A DNA stretch of 63,975 bases from an uncultured Thermomicrobiales bacterium (GTDB taxonomy: Bacteria; Chloroflexota; Chloroflexia; Thermomicrobiales; CADCWN01), in the NCBI GenBank assembly GCA_902806415.1, contig CADCWN010000167.1, positions 1 to 63,975 of the forward strand. The letters are read 5' to 3'. The notes below the pieces were generated by a model. That model had not been told where the DNA came from and searched no databases. It saw only the letters and a list, made by a program, of their open reading frames with translations. The first letter of the stretch is position 1, and each line of letters starts with the position of its first letter. Below are positions 54,878-63,334 of this stretch, piece by piece. The position numbers and the translations under genes were made by a program.

Positions 54878-55585
54878 GTGAACGCGGAACGCGGAGCGCG
54901 GAACGCGGAATTTGGGTTGGGAGAAGTCGGGACGACCGGGCTTCCCTCCGATGCCGTTCCGCGTTTCCTCGCCTTTGAGGGGCCGGAGGGCGGTGGTAAA
55001 TCGACCCAGGTACGCGCGGTGGCGGCGGCACTAGCGGCGGCGGGTGTGCCACACACGGTGACGCGCGAACCTGGTGGCACGGTGATCGGCGAGCAGATCC
55101 GCGCGGTTTTGCTCGGCATCGAGAACCGCGCGATGCTGCCGGAGACCGAAGTCCTGTTGCTACTGGCGGCGCGGGCGCAACACGTCGCCGAAGTGATCGC
55201 GCCCGCGCTGGCGCGGGGCGAGGTCGTCCTCTGCGACCGTTTCGCCGGCGCGACCTTCGCCTATCAGGGCTATGGTCGCGGCTTACCGCTGGCGGAGTTG
55301 CGCCGGTTGCAACGATTCGCGGCGGGCGATCTGGTCCCGGACCTGACGCTGCTCTTCGATCTCCCCGCCGAGATCGGCCTGGGTCGCCGTCACGCCGCAG
55401 GCGAGGTGAATCGCCTCGACGCGGCGGGACTGGCCTTCCATCGTGCCGTGCGCGACGGCTATCTCGCCCTCGCGCGGGAAGAGGCGGCGCGGTGGTGTAT
55501 CATCGATGCCAGCCGCCCGCTCGATGCGGTGACGACGGAAACACTGTCGATTGTCGGTGCGTGGCTGGCTGCAACGCGCGGGTAA
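54878..55585 (+). CDS. tmk: dTMP (thymidylate) kinase
   Basis: ORF 54878..55585. Motifs FLAFEGPEGGGKST, DRF and the lid region. Possible starts are GTG 54878 (directly after the upstream TAG) or TTG 54917. The 5-prime end is built from a heptamer element. Confidence 0.85.
   Translation: MNAERGARNAEFGLGEVGTTGLPSDAVPRFLAFEGPEGGGKSTQVRAVAAALAAAGVPHTVTREPGGTVIGEQIRAVLLGIENRAMLPETEVLLLLAARAQHVAEVIAPALARGEVVLCDRFAGATFAYQGYGRGLPLAELRRLQRFAAGDLVPDLTLLFDLPAEIGLGRRHAAGEVNRLDAAGLAFHRAVRDGYLALAREEAARWCIIDASRPLDAVTTETLSIVGAWLAATRG
54880..54968 (+). repeat. heptamer array (GAACGCG)x4 (54880..54910) with a shorter complementary arm CCGTTCCGCGTTTCC (54954..54968) inside the tmk 5-prime end
   Basis: Same unit as the intragenic element at 11782. 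The right arm encodes AVPRF, just before the P-loop strand. Confidence 0.8.
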
Positions 55586-55676
55586 TCGGCGGCGGAGTGG
55601 TCGCGTGGCGGCGTGGCTGGTACTCTTACCCTTCGAGTAGCCTGCCGAGTGCGGCTGTTGGTAGGAGGGAGCGGGG

Positions 55677-56042
55677 ATGAAGCTGGTCGTCGCTGTCGTG
55701 CAAGGGAAAGACGCCGAGGGCCTGATGGGCGCGTTACGCCAGGGGAATTATCGGGCGACCCAGATCAACAGTTCCGGTGGTTTCCTGCGCGAGAACAACG
55801 TCACGATCATGACCGGCGTGAATGACGCGCAGGTGCCGGATGTCTTTCGGCTGATCCGCGAGAATTGCTACACCCGCACGCAATACGTCAATCCGCTCCT
55901 CCCGATCATGGAGCCGGGCGAGTTCTATATGCCGAGCCCGGTCGAGGTGCAGGTCGGCGGCGCGACGGTCTTCGTCCTGCCGATCGTGCGTTACGAGCGG
56001 ATCATGGCCGGCGCGACCGACGGGATCGGCGCGGGCTGGTGA
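55677..56042 (+). CDS. darA: PII-like cyclic-di-AMP receptor (YaaQ/DarA family)
   Basis: ORF 55677..56042. MKLVVAVVQGKDAEGL...ATQINSSGGFLRENNVTIMTGVNDAQV...PVEVQVGGATVFVLP runs parallel to B. subtilis YaaQ as I remember it. It follows tmk, as in Bacillus. Confidence 0.75.
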   Translation: MKLVVAVVQGKDAEGLMGALRQGNYRATQINSSGGFLRENNVTIMTGVNDAQVPDVFRLIRENCYTRTQYVNPLLPIMEPGEFYMPSPVEVQVGGATVFVLPIVRYERIMAGATDGIGAGW

Positions 56043-56088
56043 CTGACGCCCGGCCCGGCGAGCGGTGGCATAGACCGAGGGGATCTTC

Positions 56089-57102
56089 ATGACGATCGAG
56101 GCGATTATCGCGCGCGGTTTCCAACTCTTGCTGGCGCTCACCGGCGCGTACACGGTCGGACTATGGTTCGCCCTGATCGTCTGGACCTTTCGCGATATCG
56201 AGGCGCGCAGCCGGAGTGTCATCGCGCAGATCTTCTCCACCCTGGTCGTCGTCCTCTTCTTCCTCCCCGGTGTGCTCATCTATATGCTCCTGCGACCGAA
56301 GGAAACGCTCGATGAGGCGTTCGGGCGCGCCCTGGAGGAAGAATATCTCCTCCAGGACTTGGAGGATCTGAGCCTCTGCTCGAACTGCCACCGACCGGTG
56401 CAGCAGGATTACGTCGCCTGCCCCCATTGCTTCACTGAGCTGCGCCACACCTGCCCGTCGTGCAGCCGGCTCGTCGATGTCTCCTGGGCGATCTGCGCCT
56501 TCTGCACCGCCGAGCTGGTCACCACGAGCGATGAGATCGAAATCCCGACGATCAGGGAAGAGCGACCCTCACTCCTGCCGCTACCGCTGCGGCTGCTGCG
56601 CGAGCGGACGGAGATGCGACTGGAGCACATGCTCTCGCCCGATCACGAGGGGAAGCTGCCGGACGGTCAGCCGAGTTCGCTGATCGCGCGCGAGACGCAA
56701 GCCGCCGGAGCCTGGACTGACGATAGTGGTAAGGGGTCCTGGTTCCTTAGCCGCGCGCGCGAGGTCTTCGCGCCGCTGACCGGCGACGGTGCGCATCCCA
56801 ACGGCCAGGCGAACGCCAACGGCCACGCGAATCCCGATGGCGAGCACCAGGGGACGAACGGGCAGCACGCGGCAGCGGCGCACGAGTGGGATGATGACGA
56901 GGAGCAGACAGGGCAGATCGCCCCGCCCCCGCCCCCCGCACGCTGGCCCGAGAGGTCGCGGCAGCAGGATACCGACGATGAAGGGCTGATCACCGTCGCG
57001 CCGGTGAGGGATGCCGCGGCTCCCCCCGCCACCCCCTCGCGCGAACTCTACTCTTATCGCCCCGCGAGGCGGCAAGCACCACCCGCCGAGGACGAGGAGT
57101 AA
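56089..57102 (+). CDS. membrane protein with cytoplasmic double zinc ribbon and long disordered C-terminus
   Basis: ORF 56089..57102. Two TM helices, then CSNCHRPV..CPHCF and CPSCSRLV..CAFC, followed by a low-complexity tail. Confidence 0.65.
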   Translation: MTIEAIIARGFQLLLALTGAYTVGLWFALIVWTFRDIEARSRSVIAQIFSTLVVVLFFLPGVLIYMLLRPKETLDEAFGRALEEEYLLQDLEDLSLCSNCHRPVQQDYVACPHCFTELRHTCPSCSRLVDVSWAICAFCTAELVTTSDEIEIPTIREERPSLLPLPLRLLRERTEMRLEHMLSPDHEGKLPDGQPSSLIARETQAAGAWTDDSGKGSWFLSRAREVFAPLTGDGAHPNGQANANGHANPDGEHQGTNGQHAAAAHEWDDDEEQTGQIAPPPPPARWPERSRQQDTDDEGLITVAPVRDAAAPPATPSRELYSYRPARRQAPPAEDEE

Positions 57103-57199
57103 CCCCTCGCGGCACTCCCCGCGCCGACACGACCGCCATAGACCTGCCGAGACAACGCTGTCGGCCCGCCCGGTGAAAAGCACACCCTCACGGCGGTCG

Positions 57200-58586
57200 C
57201 TACCCCGCCGCGAGGAGGGCGCGGAGCGAGGCGCGCAGGGAACGCGCCAGTTCCCCCGTCCAAAGTTCGTCAAGACCGGGGAAACAACGCACACAGCCGA
57301 TGGTGTAGCGCAGTGCGGCGAGCGATTCGGCAAGACCGAGCGCTTCTCGGAGGTGCGCGGGCGAGCCGAAGTCGCCCCACTGCGCGAGATAGCGGTCGCG
57401 CAAATGCGCCGCTGCATTGGTCGCGTCGCGCGGCAAATACCCCTCATCCAGCAGCGCGAAGAGGACGACGAAAGGGTGAGCAATGCAGGCGTCACCCCAA
57501 TCGAAGAAAGTGAGCCGATCGCCCCGCCGGGCGATGTTGCCGGTGTGGAGATCGCCGTGGACGAGGGTCGCTGGGAGGTTGTACTCGGCCAGTTGGACGC
57601 AACGCTCTTGCAGACGCGGGATGAGCGTGCACAGCGCCCGATAGTCATCGTCGGGGAGGGCGGCGCGGATATGCGGGTTGGTCGGCAGCGCCCCCCGCTT
57701 GCGCCGCCAGGGCGTCGAGGCGCTGATCCGCGCACCCGAGCGCCAGGAGGGGCGCGACAGCGGGGATCGCGGCGCGTTGCATCGCTGCGATCTGGATCAC
57801 GATCCTCTCCCAAAGGTCGAGGCGATCGTTCTCCATCAGCGGGCCGACGTCCGCCAGCAACAGCCAGCCGCGCGCGAGATCGGCGGCGATAACCTGCGGG
57901 ATGCACTCGGGGAAGTGTGCTGCGAGGAAGTTGGTCACCGCTACCTCGGGCCTGTACGCGGGCGGCAGCGCCTTCAGGTAGTAGGCACCCTGCGGGGTGT
58001 CGATGTGGAGGACGCAGGAGAGCGCCCAGGTGCGCACCTGTCCGATCGCCGCGATCGGGCCGCCACCGTGCCGACCGAGCTGCTCACCGACCCAGGCGAC
58101 GGCCTCAACCTGCCAGCCCGGCAGCACCCAGGGATAGTTCGTCGTGGCCTGGGAGACGCCGTCGCTCGGGTGTAGCCACTGGGCGACGAGCCCGCGCTGG
58201 GCCGGGCTCGTCATCGGGATCTTTTCGAGATTGGTCGCCTCTGCCCAGCGTAAATCCGCCCCGAATGGAGGGGCGTCGGTCAGCACCTCCAGCACAAAAA
58301 CGGTCTCCACACGCTTTGCCTGGGCTTGACTCCGGTCCACCGAGAGGCAGCGCAGCACCCTCGTCTCGAGACCCAGGCTCTGTCGCACGGCGCGCTCGAT
58401 GTGGGCGACCGCGCGCAGATCGTGCTCGGTCGGTCGGAAGCGCGGCAGCGCCCACCCTTCCTCGTCGCGCACCAGAAGTATCTGCGGCGTGGCCCCCCGG
58501 ATGAGGAGGAGATGGTAGGTATAGTCCCAGCCGGGTCGGTGGGAGAGCGGCGGCTCGTTCGTGTCCGGCGTGCCGATGGTGCTCAC
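57200..58586 (-). pseudogene. aminoglycoside/choline-kinase-type phosphotransferase (APH family) with Nudix-like N-terminal domain, frameshifted at a C6 run
   Basis: The N-terminal 297 codons are in the frame of ORF 57645..58859 (GTG 58586, a GTGA overlap with the upstream stop). After the C6 run at 57691..57696 the sensible frame is that of ORF 57200..57436. My translation there is ALPTNPHIRAALPDDDYRALCTLIPRLQERCVQLAEYNLPATLVHGDLHTGNIARRGDRLTFFDWGDACIAHPF..., which has HGDLHxxN and DWGD. Confidence 0.65.
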
Positions 58587-59839
58587 GGCTCGCCGTCGTC
58601 TGCCAATTCGACGGCGAGCGCCAGCAGGGTATCGGCCGCCTTGGCGATGTCGGGCCAGGGCGCATCCTCGGTCTCGCAGTGGCTCAGCCCGCCGATCGTC
58701 GGGGTGAAGAGCATCGCGGCGGGGGCAACGCGGGCGAGATACTGCGAGTCGTGCCCCGCCCCGGCCCAGAGGCGGCGGACGCTGTAGCCGCGTGCCCGGC
58801 ACAACGCCTCGGCGCGGTCTTTGATCGCCGGGGCGAACGGCGTCGGCGACACACTCCACTCCACCGCGAGGTCGTAGCGCACCCCCTCTTCGGCTGCGAT
58901 ATGGTCGAGGCGCTTGCGTAGGTCGTCGGCGACGACTGCTTCAAGGGTCGTATCGTCCCTGCCGCGCAGATCGAGGCTGAACGTCACGACGGGCGGGATG
59001 ACGTTTACCACGCCTGGCGTGGGCGTGAGGTCGCCGACCGTGGCGTTGAAGTCACCGCGCGCGCGGGCGAGATCGCGCGCGGCGACGACCATCCGCGCGG
59101 CGGCGACCATCGCGTCGCGCCGCGCCGTCATCGGCGTCGGGCCGGCGTGGGCCGACTGCCCGCGCACGGTCACGCGGCACCAGCGAATCCCGACGACCCC
59201 CTCGACGATCCCGACCGACTCCCCGCCCGCTTCGAGGATCGGCCCCTGCTCGATGTGCAACTCCAGGCTGGCGGCGATGGGGCCGAGGCGGGCGCTCTCG
59301 TCGCCGCGATAGCCGATCCGGGCCAGCTCGTCGCCGAACGAGCGGCCCTGGCGATCGGTGCGGGCGTAGACCCACTCGCGCGCGAAGACGCCGGTGACCG
59401 CGCCGGAGGCGAGCATCGCCGGGGTGAACCGCGCGCCCTCCTCATTCGTCCAGTTGACGATCTCGATCGGGTGCCGCGTCTCGCGCCCGGCCGCATTGAG
59501 CGCCGAGACGACTTCGAGCGCGGCCACGATCCCGAGGATCCCGTCGAAGCGCCCACCGCCCGGCACCGTATCGAGATGGGAACCGATCAGGACGGGCGGC
59601 AGCGCCGGCGCGCTCCCCGCCCGCCGCCCGTAGATATTGCCGAAGTCGTCCACGCGCGGGTCCAGCTGTTCCTCGCGCAGCCAGGCGACGAAGAGGTCGC
59701 GCGCGTCGCGATCGGCGTCGGTGAGGGCGAGGCGATTCATCCCCCCGGCGGGGGTGCCGCCGAGGGCGGGCGTCGTGAGCGCGTCGAGGCGGCGTTGCAT
59801 CCGGGCCAGATCGATCCGCATCGGTTCCTCCGTAATCAT
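58583..59839 (-). CDS. M20 family amidohydrolase (allantoate amidohydrolase / N-carbamoyl-L-amino-acid hydrolase type)
   Basis: ORF 58583..60106, started at ATG 59839 (ATGA overlap with the TrmH stop). Motifs GSHLDTVPGGGRFDGILG, NWTNEEGARF and SGAGHDS. Confidence 0.85.
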   Translation of the reverse strand: MITEEPMRIDLARMQRRLDALTTPALGGTPAGGMNRLALTDADRDARDLFVAWLREEQLDPRVDDFGNIYGRRAGSAPALPPVLIGSHLDTVPGGGRFDGILGIVAALEVVSALNAAGRETRHPIEIVNWTNEEGARFTPAMLASGAVTGVFAREWVYARTDRQGRSFGDELARIGYRGDESARLGPIAASLELHIEQGPILEAGGESVGIVEGVVGIRWCRVTVRGQSAHAGPTPMTARRDAMVAAARMVVAARDLARARGDFNATVGDLTPTPGVVNVIPPVVTFSLDLRGRDDTTLEAVVADDLRKRLDHIAAEEGVRYDLAVEWSVSPTPFAPAIKDRAEALCRARGYSVRRLWAGAGHDSQYLARVAPAAMLFTPTIGGLSHCETEDAPWPDIAKAADTLLALAVELADDGEP

Positions 59840-60720
59840 GACGTTGCGGGGGGAGGGATCGCGACGTGCTCGGGCGGTATCGCTCCCCCGCTCTCCGGTC
59901 GCGCGTTCGGCTCGTCCTCCAGCGCGAACGCGCGGCGAATTTCGTAGAGTAGCACGCCGGTCGCGACCGCGAGATTGAGCGAGCGCGCCGTGCCCGCCAT
60001 CGGGATGCGAACGTGCAGATCGCCGCGCGCCAGGAGATCGGCGGGCAGTCCGGCCCCCTCGCTGCCGAGGAGGAGGGCGAGCGGGCGGGGGTAGCGCGCC
60101 GACCAATGGGGGGTCGGCGCGCGGGCAGAAGTGGCGACGACCGCGACGCCGCGCGCCGCCGCCCAGGTGAAGAACTGGTCCGGCTCGGCGACGTGCGCGA
60201 TCGGCACGGCGAAGAGCGCGCCCATGCTCGCCTTCACCGCCGCCGGGGCGAACGGGTCGGTCGTCTCCCCGAGCAGGATGATCCCCCCGGCCCCCGCCGC
60301 GTCGGCGGTGCGGATAATCGTCCCCAGGTTGCCCGGATTCCCGATCTCGTGGAGCGCGACGAGGGGCGCATCCGGTCGCACCGGCAGGTCATCGAGCCGG
60401 GACGTCTGCGCGCGCACGATCGCGCCGAGTCCGGTCGGCCCCTCGCGGTCGGAGAGCGACGCGAAGAGCGCCGCCGCCACCCGCGCCACGGGGATGCCGC
60501 GCGCCTCTTGCTCCGCGATCAGCCGCCGCGCCGGCTCGCTGGTCAGCAACTCCGGCGCGACGACGAAGCGCTCGATCGGTGCGCCCGCCTCCACCGCTTG
60601 CCAGACCGGCTGCAAACCCTCGACGAAGAACGCCCCCTCGCGCCGACGATGCTTGCGCTCGCTGAGGGCACGGATGCGCTTGACGAGCGGATTGGCACCG
60701 CTGGTGATGAGATCTGTCAA
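59836..60720 (-). CDS. TrmH/SpoU family RNA 2'-O-methyltransferase
   Basis: ORF 59836..60720. N-terminal SpoU-substrate-binding-like NPLVKRIRAL. Motifs NPGNLGTIIRTA, LLGSEGAGLP and IPMAGTARSLNLAVATGVLLYE. Confidence 0.85.
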   Translation of the reverse strand: MTDLITSGANPLVKRIRALSERKHRRREGAFFVEGLQPVWQAVEAGAPIERFVVAPELLTSEPARRLIAEQEARGIPVARVAAALFASLSDREGPTGLGAIVRAQTSRLDDLPVRPDAPLVALHEIGNPGNLGTIIRTADAAGAGGIILLGETTDPFAPAAVKASMGALFAVPIAHVAEPDQFFTWAAARGVAVVATSARAPTPHWSARYPRPLALLLGSEGAGLPADLLARGDLHVRIPMAGTARSLNLAVATGVLLYEIRRAFALEDEPNARPESGGAIPPEHVAIPPPATS

Positions 60721-61224
60721 TCCCCTCGCCCCCTCTCGGCTCGCGCCTTCCGGGTACCCTCGTCATCCCACGTTCCGGCCCCGAACGGGCGGCACAATGC
60801 GGGAAAGTGTATCAGCACCGCGCGGGGCGTGGGGGGATCCCCGCTTGCCGCGCGAAGGGCACCGTCCGAACCACGCGGCCGGACCAGTGCCGAGGGGACC
60901 ATCGTAGCGGGTGCTCGGTACGTTTGTCTGGGGAGTAACAGGAGCAATGCTTGATTGTTTTCGCCCCCCCCAAACCCCAGAATGAGAGGGGCGCTGGCAG
61001 TGGGATGACGACCGCAGGAGTACGGCACGTCGCTGCCGCTGCTGGCGTGCCGCCCCGACGCTCCGGTCGGGGACTGGCGTCACGGTCGCCTCGATCGGGA
61101 GGTTGCGTACACGGAGAGGTCGATGATCGCCCGCGGTGGGCGGGCTGCCCCGTCTCGCGGGGTGCTGCGCACCGATTGTCGGCATGTCGCACCGATGGCT
61201 CCGCAACGGTAAGGAAGGTGAGGA

Positions 61225-61656
61225 GTGGCCGGGCCGGTCGTGCTCGTCGTCGACGATAGCCCGACGATCCGCAAGATCGTCGAAATCACGCTGAAGCGTC
61301 AGGGGGTCCAGGTCGTCACCGCGCCCAGCGGCGTGATCGCGCTCGCGGCGATTGCCAACACCCCCCCGCAACTCATCTTGCTCGACATCATGCTGCCGAA
61401 GGTGAATGGCTACCAGATCTGCCAGATCATCCGGCGCAATCCCGAATACAAGCATATCCCCGTGGTCATGCTGTCCGGGAAGGATGGGGTCTTCGATAAG
61501 GTGCGCGGCAAGCTGGTTGGCGCGACCGAGTACATCACTAAGCCGTTCGAGCCGCGCGATCTGCTGCGGGTCGTGCGCAAATACGTCCAGTTCGACGCCG
61601 AGCCCGGCGGGACACGGCATGGGGCCGTCCCGATCGGCGCGGGTCGAGTAGGGTAA
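61225..61656 (+). CDS. CheY-like response regulator (PilG-type single receiver)
   Basis: ORF 61225..61656 with a GTG start after GGAAGGTGAGGA. Motifs VLVVDDSPTIRKIV, LILLDIMLPKVNGYQIC and TKPF. Confidence 0.85.
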   Translation: MAGPVVLVVDDSPTIRKIVEITLKRQGVQVVTAPSGVIALAAIANTPPQLILLDIMLPKVNGYQICQIIRRNPEYKHIPVVMLSGKDGVFDKVRGKLVGATEYITKPFEPRDLLRVVRKYVQFDAEPGGTRHGAVPIGAGRVG

Positions 61657-61659
61657 GCA

Positions 61660-62889
61660 ATGAGCATGATGATGCGCCGTGGTGCGCTCGGTCAGGTGCA
61701 ACGACAGGAACACGGCGGGCCGGATATGGTCGCCGATCCGCGCTTCCCCGAAGTTGCCGGGGTGGGCGCGCTCACCGTACCGCTCACCGAGTTGCGCTCG
61801 CGGCTGGAGGCGCTGGAAGGGCAGCGATTCAACGGCTACCTCCACTTCGGCCAGTCCGCGCGGGTTGGTGGCGGGCAGGGGATCGTGCTGCTCCACGACG
61901 GCTATCCGATCCACGCGCGGGTCGGCTCGACCGACAGGGCCGCCGCGCTCATTCAAGTACTCACGCCGACTGGGGCGTCCGAGGCGCTGCTCGCCACGCA
62001 CGGGCTGAATCGGGAGACAACCCTGGCGCTCGCCGCGACATTCCATGCGCCGCAGTCGATTCAGCCGCTGGGCAGCGATAGCGGCGAGGTGGCGCTGCTC
62101 CTGCGCGACCTGACTGGGGTGCGCCACTCCGGTGTCGTGCAAGTGAGCGCCCACAGCGCCCGCTTGGATGGCGCGGTTTGGGCGCGGATCCTGATGTATG
62201 ACGGCAAAATCCTCGGCGTCTACGGCGGTGCCGATCGCCACCTGAAGGCGTCGCTCACCGATGTGGGCGCTGTCCTGAAGGAGTCGTCGCCACAATTGGC
62301 CCTGTACGCTATCCAGGAGTTGCCAGCACCCCTCCCCCTGCCGCAGGCCGTCGCGAGCGTGCCGACGCAAGAGCGCGCGCCCGGCGCGACCCCGGCGCGC
62401 GACGAGCTATTGGAGACCGATCTGGTCTGGTTCATGTCGCGCTTCGAGCGCGCGTTCGGACGGCTGAGGGAGCGGCGCGAGCCGCAGGCCGATCTGCTCC
62501 GGGCTTTCGGCGAACTCACGAATGAGCTCGCGGGGTTCGTCGCCGCCTTGCCGAGCGGCGCGGCCACCCCCACCGCCGCACAGGGCGTTGTCGCGGCCGA
62601 GCTCGCCCAGGCGCGGGCGGCGGGTGCCGTGACGACCGACTTCAAGCTGGGCAAGGCGGGGCTCGATGCGGCCGCCATGGGGAAGGGCTATGGCACCTTC
62701 CCCCGGTGCAGCCCCGCCGCCGCCGCGTACTTCTCCACCACCAGCACTGATACGCTGACCCTGATCGGCCGGTTGATGGAGCGGTTGCTCGCGGCCTTCC
62801 ACGATCCGACCTCCGCCGGTTTCGCCCGTGAGGGGTGCGAGATGCTGCTGCGCGAGGTGCGCACCGGCCTCAATGAGGTGGGGCGCTGA
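61660..62889 (+). CDS. hypothetical protein, N-terminal half resembling tandem DUF4388-type modules
   Basis: ORF 61660..62889. Two similar segments, G.LTVPLTELRSRLEALEGQRFNGYLHF...IVLLHDGYPIHA and GEVALLLRDLTGVRHSGVVQVSA...RILMYDGKILGV. The C-terminal half is helical. The domain name is from memory. Confidence 0.45.
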   Translation: MSMMMRRGALGQVQRQEHGGPDMVADPRFPEVAGVGALTVPLTELRSRLEALEGQRFNGYLHFGQSARVGGGQGIVLLHDGYPIHARVGSTDRAAALIQVLTPTGASEALLATHGLNRETTLALAATFHAPQSIQPLGSDSGEVALLLRDLTGVRHSGVVQVSAHSARLDGAVWARILMYDGKILGVYGGADRHLKASLTDVGAVLKESSPQLALYAIQELPAPLPLPQAVASVPTQERAPGATPARDELLETDLVWFMSRFERAFGRLRERREPQADLLRAFGELTNELAGFVAALPSGAATPTAAQGVVAAELAQARAAGAVTTDFKLGKAGLDAAAMGKGYGTFPRCSPAAAAYFSTTSTDTLTLIGRLMERLLAAFHDPTSAGFAREGCEMLLREVRTGLNEVGR

Positions 62890-62965
62890 TAGTCGAGCGT
62901 TGACGTGATCGGCCGACGACCCGATGACCCGTAATGATCCCGGCGTACAGAGGAGGTATCCCAGC

Positions 62966-63331
62966 ATGGCAAAGAGCAAGATCCTGGTTGTGGACGACAG
63001 CGCGACCGAGATGGTCCTGATTGCCAACCCCCTGCGCGCGGAGGGGTACGATGTGCTCACGGCGAAGAATGGCGAGGAAGCACTGCGCAGCCTCGACCAG
63101 AACCGCCCCGACCTGATCATTCTGGACGTGGTGATGCCCGGCAAGAACGGTTTCCAGCTCTGTCGGCAGATTCGCAACGACGCGCGCTTCGGCTCGCTGC
63201 CGGTGATCCTCCTGACCTCTAAGAGCCAGGAGGCGGACAAGTTCTGGGGGATGAAGCAGGGGGCGACCGCCTACATGACGAAGCCGTTCGTGACCTCAAC
63301 CCTGCTCGCGACGATCCGTCAGCACGTTTAG
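62966..63331 (+). CDS. CheY-like response regulator (PilH-type single receiver)
   Basis: ORF 62924..63331, started at MAKSKILVVDDS (ATG 62966 after GAGGAGG). Motifs LIILDVVMPGKNGFQLC and TKPF. Confidence 0.85.
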   Translation: MAKSKILVVDDSATEMVLIANPLRAEGYDVLTAKNGEEALRSLDQNRPDLIILDVVMPGKNGFQLCRQIRNDARFGSLPVILLTSKSQEADKFWGMKQGATAYMTKPFVTSTLLATIRQHV

Positions 63332-63334
63332 CGA

